Source of the DNA: Adineta vaga
Taxonomy: Eukaryota; Animalia; Rotifera
DNA length: 64,000 bases
Direction of reading: 5' to 3'
Assembly (NCBI GenBank): GCA_021613535.1
Contig: CP075496.1
Location: 8,370,001 to 8,434,000 of the forward strand
The translations under genes were made by a program, and so were the position numbers. The first letter of the stretch is position 1, and every line of letters begins with the position of its first letter. The notes beneath the pieces are model-generated. The model had not been told where the DNA came from, did no database searches, and saw only the letters and a program-made list of their open reading frames with translations. This document shows, piece by piece, positions 26,136 to 39,568 of this stretch.

Positions 26136-29100
26136 AATGGGTTAAAAAAGAATAATTTTACCAAACTAGTTTAATCATCATGTTATTAATTATTCTCTCT
26201 AATAATCAATTTGATTCTAGACTATTTTAGAAGCATTTTTTTAAATTATTTTATTAAATTATTCTAAAAAATTAAGATACTGATAGAAAAATTTTACTAG
26301 AGTACATACCGATCGCATCGATGTTGTGATTTTATGCAAGACATACAATACCTGAGCAAATAAGAACTGCCAAAAACGCGTGAAATCGCTAAGAAAGTTC
26401 TGTCCGTTTTTATGTCAACCACAGTCTCCGTTTGTCAACCAAAAACATCGCAAATAAATATTCATAAAAAAGAGAGATTTTTCTCACTGTTCAGAATGTG
26501 ATCGTGGTTGGGTGAAAGTTTTAGAAGAAAATGACTGTTTACCCGCACACAAACGCTCAACATGAGGCGTGAGAACTCCTATTAACGAAAACTTTTCATG
26601 TTTGCGTGCAAAAACTGAAATATTAGTGTTTACACGGCCATTTATTTCCATAAACGCGTAGACAATCAAAAGTATCACTTTTCGAGCGTGAACACGCGTT
26701 TTCCCAAATTCTTGTCTGTTTGGGTACTAATGCTTTGGAACATGACAAAAATCTAACATAACAAATTCTAACTATAACATATTTGTTGTACAATAAAATG
26801 GCCGATAGATTTTCGTTTGAAGTATTTAGATGCATTGCATCACCAAAGAGAATCTGCTGTGAAAAATCGCGAAGCAAGTGATGCATACTTAATCGTTCTA
26901 AAGATCATTTAATCATAAAGATGCCATTTTTCATGTACGGAAAAAAACTATCGCAAATCATCGCATCAAAGCCATAGAAAATAAAAAAAATAGCGATAAT
27001 TTCAATGCGAACTGTTCTCTATATTATAGATTAAGAGTAGACAAGCATAGGTTCACGAACTCCATTTAAATGGACTAAAGAACTGTTCAAACAGTTCTTT
27101 TTAATAAACAGAACAATGTTACTCACCACCCGAAAGTATTATTTTTCGGCTTTTGAAATTGGTCGGATGTCGACTAGGTAGTGGCTTGAGTTTTGATTGA
27201 TCCGTTGTCTCTATATGAAGTAAACCATATTTCTTTGACTACGATGTTTGTCTCACTTCGTATAAACCATCAAGATGCCGTATAGAGTTCAATTTTTTTC
27301 AATAGCTGATCAGTTCTGAACTAGAACTGAGCTTTGTCGATCCCTATAATAGATTGCTCTTATCATTATTTGTTTTATGTTGAATCTATCTATGATATTT
27401 TGTATGTTTTTTTAGACAGAATAAGTTGTTCTTTCACTACTATCTTATATTGACAATGAGCTTACTACAGAGGAAAGAAAAGATTGAACTATGTGTATTT
27501 ATTCTTCCATAATATTTATATTGATATATTTTATATTGTCTCACGTTCAGTATTACGGTGTATTCTATGCTAGAGAATGATGGTGTTAAAAGCCAACAAA
27601 TTTTCTGTTGTCTTTTTGGAAAATAGATAATAGTTAATATTAACAATATGTAAGATTTTACAAAGAAAGCAAATCAGTAATTACGAGAATAGTATTTCTG
27701 ATATTAATTAAAAATCCTAACTTGAATCATGTATGATTTCGGTACGAAATACTTCTGTAAGTTTACTAAACGAGATTGAAGTAAAACTGATCATTTTTTT
27801 AAACAATTTTTATCGTAATTATGCGTGGCTAAGTCCAATTTTTGTCGTGATAGAAAACGTGTGCTGTAACGTTCGTCAATCAGTCGTCGGGATGTCAATG
27901 ATATTCCTCTTGTATTCTCATTAACTATATTGTGTTTATTAATCACCTTGGTCTTCTCCTCTATTTCTATGTTTTTTTTCATGCTCGTATAGATACAAAT
28001 GAAATACTGTAAGATTATGATGAACATCATCTTTTCGTTACACTTTTCTAGCTAATTCTACAATTAATTCCATCTAAAAACATATATTGTTCATTCCTTA
28101 CCCTTTCTTTTTGTTTCAATATAAGATAGTTATAATATTCTCTTGTAGTCAGGTCTACTAACGATATGATCGAACTAGAAAAGTTTTGAGTAAATGAAAT
28201 GTCAAACTGTTGATCCTCAATTTCTTTTCAGATGTTTGCTTATCATCATAAACTATTTCTCAATGTCTATTTCAATACATTTGTAATAACACATATGAAT
28301 CATTATTTTGAAATAGGAAGATTATTTTTAAAATGAGAAAACTATAACTACATAGATCGAATTCTTTATTCAATTGTTAAACTTACAAGTCATGTCTATT
28401 TTTCATAAACAATCTTATTCAATTGCATTTTGTCTTTGATTGTTTTCAAATAGTATCTGAGTAACTTTCTGAGGTTATAAAGGAAAAAATTCTATCATAG
28501 TTATCGTATATAGGCAAACAAAATGTGTAATATGAGCAAAAAAGAGTAAAGTATATTACTTTTTTCTTTTTAAATATATGAAATATAGAGAGAAAAAAAC
28601 GAGTTTACTAGAAAATATATACATTAGAATAATATATATCTGTGTGTGTGTGTTCTCTTGTCACTTTTTTAAAGCTCATTATTTTAAAGTCAGAGAAAAG
28701 AAAAGGACATTTGTATATCATGAAATTAGAGTACGCTTCATATTACAGACGAATGCAACTCATCAAAATAATGATATTTTTTTATTTTTCTTTGTTAAAA
28801 TATTTGATGTTTATAAACTAAAGAAAAATGGAATCAATTAAAGATCACTTCACAAACGTCAATCTTACTTCATAAAAACGGCGATGCTTTCATTTTATAA
28901 TTTGTTATTAAGTATTTCAAAGCTGTACACTCTTTATAAGATGTCACATCCACTGATGTTGATCTTTCAAATAAACGGTATATACAAACTTTGTGTTTTT
29001 TTCAAAAGATATTCATGATAAAGATAGTCTTGTTTACTATTGTTATTTTCTATAACAGTTTTTCAAATTGATACTTAAAAATAAATTGTTTTTTTTTTAA

Positions 29101-29394
29101 ATTAAAACAGCATATTGTTTATTCTGCGTAACAAGTAAGGAAACAATATGTAAAGAGAGTAGAAATTTATGTTGTTATGTATTAATAGCGATGATTGAAC
29201 TATGAATCTGAACGTTATACGACAAAAATTAGATATAAAATACATTCTTTTTATTGTCGGAGTAGACGTGTTAACTATAAAAATAGAGACTAGTTGTTTT
29301 TTATCATCAATGTTTACTGATATTAATATACTTACGAAAGATAACGAATGATATTTTACAGTACTTTCATCTGTCTGTTTCAAATACAGAAAGA

Positions 29395-30369
29395 ATGTTG
29401 ATATACATCATATTCATTTTTACCATTGTTATCAGTTATAAAATCTGTCAATACTATTTTCTATCACCAAATATCAATCCAACTGGTAAATATGTATTAA
29501 TTAGTGGTTGTGATACTGGTTTTGGTCATGGATTAGCATTAGAATTAGATAAACAAGGTTTCAATGTTCTTGCTGGTATCTACAATCCAAATAATGAAGA
29601 AACACTAACAAAACTTCTCTCGTCACGTGCTATTGTATTTAAATTAGATATAACTAAACAAGAAGATATTAATGATGCTTATGAACTGATAAGTAATAAA
29701 ACAAAAGTATTGCATGGATTAGTGAATAATGCTGGAATCGGTTATGGTGGACTTATTGATTGGATTACGTTAGAATCTATGCGTAAAATGATGGATGTCA
29801 ATTTTTTTGGACATGTAGCTATGACGAAAAAGTTTTTATCATTACTCATTGCTAAACGTGATTCACGTGTAGTGAATATTTGTTCTGTTGGTGGTTATTT
29901 AGCAACATCTGGAATGGCTTCATATTGTTCTTCAAAGTTTGCTTTAGAAGCATTTTCTGATTGTCTTCGACGAGAAATGTCTGTATGGAATCTACGTGTT
30001 AGTATTATCGAACCAGGTTCTATGCAAACACCCATGACTGATGGACTCTTGAATTATGTAGATAATTTATGGAATGAATTATCAACTGATGTTAAACAAC
30101 GATGGGGCGAAGACTTCTATAAATATTCAGTCCAACATTTTGTTTCTCATGGTTTAATGAAACGAGCAGAAAATCCTAAGAAAGTTATTAATGCACTTAA
30201 ACATGCTGTAATGAATACTAAACCATGGACACGCTATCGTCCAGGATTACAATCACCTTTATTTTTTCCATTATCATTAGGACCAACATGGTTAGTGGAT
30301 CCAATTTTAGCCATAGCATTACGTTCACCTAATCCACCAACTGGTCTACGTTATCAAATGCAAAATTAA
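29395..30369 (+). CDS. Short-chain dehydrogenase/reductase, RDH/17beta-HSD6-like (copy 2), intronless
   Basis: SGCDTGFG, LVNNAG, YCSSK, IEPG. Paralogue of 13487-14464. Confidence 0.92.
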   Translation: MLIYIIFIFTIVISYKICQYYFLSPNINPTGKYVLISGCDTGFGHGLALELDKQGFNVLAGIYNPNNEETLTKLLSSRAIVFKLDITKQEDINDAYELISNKTKVLHGLVNNAGIGYGGLIDWITLESMRKMMDVNFFGHVAMTKKFLSLLIAKRDSRVVNICSVGGYLATSGMASYCSSKFALEAFSDCLRREMSVWNLRVSIIEPGSMQTPMTDGLLNYVDNLWNELSTDVKQRWGEDFYKYSVQHFVSHGLMKRAENPKKVINALKHAVMNTKPWTRYRPGLQSPLFFPLSLGPTWLVDPILAIALRSPNPPTGLRYQMQN

Positions 30370-31006
30370 TTTCAAATAATTTGAATGTAAAGCAAAAAGA
30401 GAAAAATTTGTCATATTTTCTAAGTAATAGAACGTTTGTTAAATTAAAATAGAGAATAATAGAAAACGATTCTAATCTTATGCATCGTCAGAAAAGACTT
30501 ATTCAATATATAATGTTTAAAAATCCAATTTGTTTTTTGAAACATAACACGTAAAATCTGTGATCTTTAGTTAAATCAATCATTGATACAACTTGTAACA
30601 TCATCATCATCATCAACATCAACATCATCAATATAATTCATGGATATAAGATTCTCTTTTACATTGGTTTAAATTAAATCCTCGATTTAACAATGCAAAT
30701 AAGACAATATATATATACTCTTTCGTTTTTGTCATCCGAACATCTTCGTCATTTGTTAGAGGATTTATAAATATGCATCATCGTGTTCAATTAAACGAAT
30801 CTCTTCGTTCTTTTTTTCTTCATCATCATTATCTTCTTCTTCTTCTTCTTCTTCTTCCTTATCGTTTCTCATCGTTTCGATTCATTCAATTTGACTGAAT
30901 AAATAAAGACGACATGATGTTCGTGATGTAATCCATTGACATAGTAGCATAAGAGATTAAAGATGTATATACGAAATCGATGAACGAATCAAGTTGAGTC
31001 AGAACT

Positions 31007-34000
31007 ATGATGAACTCATCATCAGCAACAAATTCATCTCTTTCATCCTTTTCTGATGAATGTGAAACTACTTTACCAGAAACGTCAGCACCACCGTCCA
31101 CTCAACCTTTGTCTACAATTAATACGTAAGTCTTCCTATATGTTAATTAAATAGTTAGAAATTATTCAAAAATCAAGGGCAATCAATGAGTGTGTAAGTG
31201 GAAAGAGACCTGTTCATAAAGTTGAACCCGTATTCAATACTGAAGCAACGAAAATACGTGTATTTCTTGAAGATGGATCTCTGGGTGAATATTTATTTGA
31301 AGAATTAACAACAGCAGAAGTAATTGAACATTAGTTGAATCTGTGAAATAATTATCTAATGTTTTCTTTCCAAAATTCTCTCTAGGAATTAGTCGAAAAA
31401 ATGGCTTTACGTCATAGTCTTGGTTCTGATATGCGTCGATATCGATTAACATTGAGTGAAGCAAAAGATGTGTCTTGGCGATCCATTCGATATATTCGAC
31501 CTCAACAAAAATTAAAAGAAGTATTATATCATTGAACTAAATTTGTTTTTCTAATATCCTATACAATTATTATTCTCATAGGTTGCTCAATGGTCGTGTA
31601 TAGTTACTACAACAATTTGTACATTACGTGTTGTTATTGTTCCTTCACAAACTGAAATCTTAGCAGATACAGAACCGATAACATTTACTTATTTATATCG
31701 ACAAGTAAATGACATAGACAATCATTATTTATTTTGTAACTTATGTCTTGTCTTTAAAGTGTATCAATGATTTCGTTCGAGAACGAGCTGGTAGTGAAAT
31801 AAATGTTGATATTGCTGTACAATTAATAGCACTTCTTATTCTTGATGAATCCTTATGTACTGGTATTCGAACGAATGTACTTGTCAAGTATGTTTCATTA
31901 TTTATTTTATTTTTAATCGATGAATTAACAAAGACTAAAAGATAGACGATCTTGGTTATTAAAACAATTACTACCACGTTCATTACTTGATCAATTTTCA
32001 TTAAAACAATTAATTAATCGTGTACGAAATCATCTTCAAAATACTCATGATGCTACTCAAATGAGTGTAGCAAGACAATTTGTAACGATATTCTCAGAAA
32101 ATACACGATCGTTTGCAGGAAAATTATTTCCTGTAAAATTTCCAGTAAGAATCAATTTGTTGTTGTACATAATTGGATTTGGATTTCTAATATCATTAGG
32201 ATAAACATCGAGATTCAATATTACTTGTTGGACCACGACATCCAGTAGCCATTCTTGATCAAGCCAGACGAGTTAGTTCACCTGTAAGTTCTAGAATTGA
32301 TTCAAAATTTCTGGAAGACTAATTCAAGAAAATATAGAAACATAACAAGAGAGCTTACAATTTTCTATTGAATCATGATACTTAGTTTTTACGTAATTAA
32401 ACTGAACATATATTCTATCATTATGGATGTTACTCTAGGTTATTACATTAGTTTCTGCTTGGTCACATCTTTCTCGTGTTATTGTCAAACAATATCGAAA
32501 TGGTGTAGCTGTTCGTTTAATAACCATTCCTCGAACAACTACAACACTCGATGATATATCTCTTCTTCAACAAGAAATTTCTTTTCTAATTCATACAAAT
32601 CTACTCAATGATTTAATGACATTCATTGAAGGTTATTCACAATTAGAATCCTCAAATTTTCCACTAGCAATTGAACGTATATCACATATAAGTAAATCAC
32701 CATCATCAATAATAAATAAATCTCAAACAACAAAATCATCAAATGAGAGTCCAACTGACTCATCATGTCGATCACCATTTGTACAACGAATATTAAATAA
32801 TAAGAAACATCATCGAACGTATACATTAAGAAGACAAAAACAGACGCCACCAGATAGTCCATCTTTATTTGAAATAACACGACAATTTTTTACACGAAAT
32901 CCTACGAAAACTACTGATCTTGATGAACAAGAAACGATTTCAAATGTTCCTAATCGTACAACACTTGTTACATGGCGATCAATAGCTGATACTCACACAA
33001 CGACACCACCACCTCCACCTGTTCTTTATCGAACGGTTATCGATGTGAAACAAAGAGGTAGAAATTCATTGCACAATAATCAGAGATTTATCATCAAATT
33101 TTCTATTTAAAGGACAAAACGTATCGATTAGTGACGATGATGATGATGATGATGAAGCACCTGATATAATTGGTATGTATTTTATCTTTGAATATTTTGA
33201 AAAAGATTTGTTTCAGTTTTTACTCGAAATTGTTCTTTCTTTTTTGTTCTTCGGCTTAATCAAATTTACTTGGTCGATACTATGTATAACCTTTACTAAT
33301 AAATATTTGAATTTGATTCAAATAGAATTCAATAGACATCTATACAACTATTTGAAAAAGTATATTTATTTATTTCTTTTTTCTTTATTAGATCTGACAA
33401 CATCGTATGGCTATTATGGTTGTCTTAGTTTTCCTATTCGACCACCATCACCATTTGCTGATGGTCTTGTTTGGTCACAAATGACAGATCAACGTAATGA
33501 AGTCGAAAGAGAAGAAGAAGGAGAAGAAGAAGAAGATACGAATGGAATTGTTGTGTGGTCACCCTCAACAAAACAATTATCTGTTCATTATAATACTAAT
33601 AATAATAACAATAATATTCCCTCGCCTTCACCCACATCATCAGGTATCGGTGGTACATGGAAACGTACATTAGATAGAATTTTAAAACGTACGAAATTAC
33701 GAAAAGGTAATGTAAAATACTTATTGAAAAATTAAACTCATTCTTTCAATATTGATAGATCCAGTCATGCATGTCTATGATTTCGATATGAATGATGATT
33801 CAATGATATCGCGTCATCCAAACAAACATGTTCATTGGATTGATGATAATGATGCTATATTACAAGCTTGTCATCGTTTTGTTGAACATTTAAAAGTCTT
33901 TGTACAAAATGTTATTCATGATACAAATGAAGAAATTCATTTAAAAAATTGTCAACTATCATTGGATGAATTACAGATGTTAACAGATTGTTCTGAATTA

Positions 34001-34114
34001 AAACGAGCATTCGAAAAAACAATTCAATTAGCAAGAAAACATCAAAAAAATGAACTTCTTCAACAACAAACATTTCTAGCAAAATTAATCTCTCGTACTG
34101 TTCTCTCTTCTTGA
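31007..34114 (+). CDS. Divergent FERM-domain protein (FRMPD/FAK-type FERM) with C-terminal helical region
   Basis: Many small exons. KIRVFLEDGS (F1-like), 'CTLRVVIVP..TFTYLYRQ|CINDFVRE..DIAVQLIALLI' (F2-like), 'MTFIEGY' (end of F3), then low-complexity sequence and a helical C-terminal exon. Exon boundaries approximate. Confidence 0.5.
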
Positions 34115-34298
34115 TTCTCTGCATACAATAATAATAATAAAAAAAACTGTGTATATAGGTTACTCTTTATTTTTTCGCTTTGATAAAAAAGAAACGAGTC
34201 AGGGAGAGAAAGAGCAAGGTCATAAAGCGGTCATTCTGATTCTATATACATTGATCATCAGTTCGCATATGATCAGTGTGTAGAAAGGGAGAAAAGAA

Positions 34299-35596
34299 AT
34301 GGATGCACAATGGCATATTCGACAACAACTTGAGCTTCTATCTTCGCCAACAACAGTGCAATATCATAGAATAGATACATATTCATCGGTTGTTGAGAGT
34401 GTTCGACGTATAAGACGGATTTTATCTGGTGATCGTCAAAAAGGTTTGTCTATTCTTGAGATGTTCTCAGAAAAAAATCTGCATTTCTTTTTCAGAGAAT
34501 GAAAATTTGATACGTGCATGTTGTTCAAATGATATTGAAACAGTAAAATGGTTACTAGATAGTAATGAAATCGATTCAAACGATTTGAGAAAAGGTATTA
34601 ATCGATCAGCATTGCATGAAGCTGCTTTACATGAAGATGGTCGATCACTCGTCCGTCTTCTATGCCTACATGGAGCTGATCCGAAACAACGTGATTCATT
34701 AGGTTAGTTTCATTTTGAAAACAGATTCATTGATTTATTTATTCTTCATTTCAGGTCGCACACCACTACATTATGCAGCTAGCTATGGTCATTTAGGTAT
34801 TCTAATCGAACTAATTAACTTTACACAAGCACGAGTGTCATCATTGACAGATATGGAAGGTCGTTGTCCATTAATGTATGCTTGTGGTGAAGGTCATTTG
34901 TCAATTTGTCAATGGTTAATTGAATATGATGAAACTGACCATCATCGACAAGATGATCATGGTCGTTCATGTCTTACTTATGCAGCTCGTAATGGACATG
35001 TAAGAGTTGTTGAATGGTTACTTTCAATTTCATCACTTGAACCAACAAAGACTGGTTGGTATCCAATTCATTTTGCTTGTTCAGCTGGTCATTTTGAAGT
35101 TGTCAAAATTCTTTTACAATACGATAAATATAATGGACAAGTTCTAACGAATTCTGGCCATTCAGCATTATTCATGGCAATGCATTCAGAAGCAAATAGT
35201 ATTAAAATGGTGAAATATTTACTTGATTATCATTTATCTATTCAATTAACAACACAAGATATTGAAGATTTAAATTGTGATAAATCTTTAATTGTTTTAC
35301 TTGCTCAACGTCGTCATTCACTTAATTATTTATTTAAACTTCTTGAACGCATCGATTATTTCCTACCACTTTTTCATCTTCTTCTATTAAGTGAACATTC
35401 ATTTACTTCTGAAGAATTACTTTCAATATCTCATCAAGATTATCAATCATTTATTCGTTATCGATTACGAAATCCATTAAGATTAAAACAAATTCTTCGT
35501 TGTAAAATACGAAAATCAATTGATAGAAGTAATAAAATCGATTTATTAGAAATTAATCAAAGTTTAAAAAAATTCATTCGTTTTGAATATTTGTAA
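34299..35596 (+). CDS. Ankyrin repeat and SOCS-box protein (ASB-like)
   Basis: Three exons. Repeats SALHEAA, GRTPLHYAASYGH, PLMYACGEGH, YPIHFACSAGH; C-terminal PLRLKQILRCKIRK...LKKFI SOCS box. Confidence 0.85.
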
Positions 35597-35599
35597 AAA

Positions 35600-38584
35600 T
35601 TATTTGTTAATGAATAAACTGCATTGCAATTGTGCCAATAATATATTACGAACATTTGGATCAAGATTTGTAATCTTATTTGCTACTTCATCACATGCAC
35701 CTGACATACGTTCATTGAAAAATTGATATAACTCATCTTTAATCGTTTCTGGAGCATGAGTAATACGAAGACCTGTGGCAGCAGCATCTAATAATAATGG
35801 ATAATCATCCATAAAAACAGTTTTCACACCCCATTGATAATCAAGTCGTGCTTTTGCTGATTGACATCGGGCAACGAGACCAACAAACGACACCGGTGGT
35901 TCAACTAGGAATGGATGATTAATAATATCAGAAAGTTGAACTTGAATTTGAGCTAATTGTGATGTTGATACAGGTTGTCGAATATAGATAATCACTGATA
36001 AGGTTGATCCATCATAAGTGTAGCCATTTGTTGTTCCATCTTGACCATTGATCAATTCATTGAATGGTTCATATAAAATAGGAACATCATTGATGCGAAC
36101 ACTTGTAGCAGGAAATATACCTCGAAGTTGAATTTCATAAGAACGTTGAGTTGGAAATGAAGCAAAAGAACCTGTTGCAGGCGAAATAGCTGAGAAAAGA
36201 GAAAAAGATATTGTTAATTCATTATATAAAATGAACTTACTGAATTCTAAAGTATTGTTCGATACAGCATAATCAAAACGAGTAATGACACTTGTTTTAC
36301 GTGAAGGATCTTGATATGCTGTTGTTATTCCATCATCGTCATAAACAGATCCTCGTCCTTTCGATGAACCACCGATTAATGTATACAAAAGTAAAGCTTG
36401 TGGAATTTGTTGTGCACGTCCAATTCGATCTCGACTTGATCGTGGTTCAGGTAAAAGTGGAATAATTGAACCAGCTTGAGCATAAACTGGCATTTCATCA
36501 ATAGTAAAAGATTTCGTTGAAGATCCTGTAATAGAAACATCACCTGTAAAAAAATTAACCCATTCAAAATTAGGTGGAAACCAAATAGGCCAGTTTTCGA
36601 CAAGGCCCGAATTAGGATTAACAGGTTGACTAATAGGTGATACAAAATATTTGGACCAAAGAAATATTGATTTGAATATGTATAAGCTTCATCATATTCT
36701 GGATAATTATAATAAACAGGTAGAACGACAGATAAACCAGAATCATATGTACGTCTAGCAGCTGTATAAATATAAGGTATAAGTGCTTGACGTAATCGAG
36801 TAAATCGTGCTAAATTATTTTGATAGATCCATGGAAATGTCCAAAGTCGTCGATCATTATTAGCATTTTTAGTACAATGTGTTCGAAACATGGGTGAAAA
36901 TGCACCCCATTGAACCCATCGAGTATATAATTCAGGATCAGGCTCTTGTGTATGTCCGCCAAGATCATGACTCCAAAATCCATAACCAACATTAGCTGCT
37001 GTAGCTGTGAAACGTGGCTGAAATGAAAGTGTATCCCATGATGGTACTACATCACCAGAGAAACCAACTTGATAACGATGATTACCAAGACCACCCCATC
37101 GATGAAGAAGTGCTGGACGATTTTTTCCAAAATATGGATCCGTAAAAAAGACATGATTAAGCCAAAATGTCGGATTTGTATAAGGTATATCATTCATCCA
37201 ACCTTCTTCACCTTGTTGCCAATCTAACCACCATAGATCAATACCAGCTTGTTGAAGTGCATGAAGAACAATATTTGCCCATGATGAAGTAAATTTTTTA
37301 TCAGTCACATTAAATGGTACATAATGTTTTGTTGTAGGATCAATGCCCATTGCTTCTGCCATTTCTTGATATTTTTCTTCCCATGATTGAATACCTAGAT
37401 AAAATTGTACGTCAATTAAATGACTGATATAAAAGAAATTCGTTATTACCTGATGCAGGATGAACATTTAAAGTATTTTTCAAACCTAATTGTTTGCACC
37501 ATTGAAGAAATTTTTGATGATTTGGAAATAAATGTTCATCAAATGTATATCCTGACCAGCCAATCGTTTGTCCGGCTTGATCTTTTGTACCATTGGATGC
37601 TAATTTATAAAATGTAATATGCCAATCCATATCAGTTACAAGTACATCTAATGGTATATCATGTTGAATATATTCTGTAATAACTTGTCTTTCTTCATAT
37701 TCAGCATATGCCCAATAACGACTGAAAAATACACCAAAAATATAACGTGGTGGAAGTGGAATTGAACCAGCCAGACGAGTAAATTCATATAAAGCTTGAG
37801 AATAAGCTCGTCCATGACCAAATAAATATAAATCTTGTTGTGCTTGTGATGAATAAAAACATGCTGATGGACTTTCAAAACAACATCCCCGAAGTTCACA
37901 TTCATGTTGATCAGTATTATTGGATGAACCACAAGTTCGACGTTCATTTACAGGTATTACTTGACAAAGAGATGGATCAGGTGGTGAATATTGTTTATTG
38001 ATAATCCATGGCCATTGTGGATCATTATCTAATTGTGGTTGATGTGTATCATCGACGAGAGCATAACCACGACGAGAAATAACACCATAAGTACAATGTA
38101 AATCATTACGAGGTTGATTTCGACAATCTAATTCTAATTTTGAATCACGATTTCCATCTAATGTACGTAATGTTCCGAGAAGATTACCATTATATTCTTC
38201 ATTCGGTATAGCATTCCATACAACAGTTTCTCCTTTAGCAGCATTAACTTTAACAGTTACACGAATATTATGTTGACTGAATGTTGTTATACTATTTCGT
38301 AAATATTCTAATGAAATATAATTAGTATTGATTCGTAAATGAGTATCATTTCGTGTTACATTATAAACTGGTGGAGTTGGCTGAATTTGACGAGATTGTA
38401 CTAGCCATGTTTTACCATCAACAAATTCTTTTGTTGGTGACCATTCTAAACGAATAAGACGTGTTGATAAGATCGTAAATCGAGCTTGACCTTCGTAGAC
38501 TATTGCTGAAGGATCTGCTAATAAAGTTTCACCAAATGTTGCTGTAGTCAACACTGACAACCATAAGATAAATAACACCACCAT
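35600..38584 (-). CDS. Secreted glycoside hydrolase family 31 (bacterial-type alpha-glucosidase/xylosidase) with internal trefoil domain; 1-nt frameshift near 36645
   Basis: Signal peptide. ARFTILSTRLIRLEWS, GNLLGTLRTLD, SRYWAY, DMDWH, WWLDWQQG (nucleophile), HRYQVGFSGD, WSHDLGGH, YDDDG. Introns near 37396-37449 and 36191-36240. Confidence 0.9.
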
Positions 38585-39074
38585 TCCTATTTAAGACAAA
38601 GGAGAGAAATGTTACCTTGAAATGATTCTCTACAGATGATAAGTTGCTCCTTTTATCAAGCAGCCCAGAATAAGTAAGTAAAAATAATATTTACTAGATC
38701 GCACACGTTTTTTTCTCATATCTCTTCATACTCTATAAGTAAAGCTTATCAATTTCTAATAAAAGACTGAACAGATATATTATTATCTGACGATGATTTC
38801 ATTGACTATAGATTTTTTATCAATACAAAATGTATCATATATATTTTCTCTCTCCTCATGTTTCATTCATCCACTGATAGACAGAAGATGATGAAATTAA
38901 GAAAGAAAAGTAAAAACTGAACGTTATATAACTCGAAAGAAACAATTATGATTGTTTTACTTATATATGTAAAGGACGAAAATGTTCTATTGAATAAATC
39001 AAAATATAAGAATTAGAAACAAGAACAAATATTCGTGTAGAATAATAGATGGTAGTAGTTTACTATGTGTTTTC

Positions 39075-39568
39075 TTATCGTCGTGATCGTTGTTTTCCAC
39101 ATGTTGTTGGTACCTTTTTTGCTTTTGTGACTTTACCTGTCGCCTTCTTTATCTTTGTCTGTTTTGGTTTTCGTGTTTTCGGTTTCGAAACATACTTTGT
39201 TTCTTCTCCTGAATCACTTGATTCATCATAATGAAGATTATTATGTGGTAGTGTATATGTTCCACAGCCCTCTGGTGACGAATAGTACGTCGATCCATCG
39301 CTATTCTGATAATAGTACGAACCATCGTTGTTGCTGTAATGATATGAACCTGAAATATATGTAAAAAGCGAAGAATATATAGAATGATCCTATCCTTCAT
39401 TTGCGTGAACGTTCGATCGTCAATTTAAATAATTTCTCTTAACTTTAAAAAGTGTTTTTGTTAGAGAAACACACCTCCTCTAGCTGCTCCTTCACCTCGA
39501 TAGTCGTATCGATTACCATACTGATTGACACCTCGCTGCCAATAGTACGAATTATATTCCCAAGACAT
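39075..39568 (-). CDS. 122-aa Tyr/Asn/Ser/Gly-rich protein of fungal-type YHYSNxDGSYYY family with Lys-rich tail (absent from ORF track)
   Basis: Exon 1 39568-39475, GT..CAG intron 39474-39350, exon 2 39349-39075. MSWEYNSYYWQRGVNQYGNRYDYRGEGAARGGSYHYSNNDGSYYYQNSDGSTYYSSPEGCGTYTLP...KPKTRKPKQTKIKKATGKVTKAKKVPTTCGKQRSRR. Confidence 0.75.

Noticed and set aside
26200-29390. Short ORFs and slightly GC-richer patches suggesting a transposon
   Set aside because: No transposase or RT motifs, terminal repeats or target-site duplications could be identified by eye.
39149-39400. 83-aa ORF from the track
   Set aside because: Alternative frame overlapping exon 2 of the spliced YHYSN gene.
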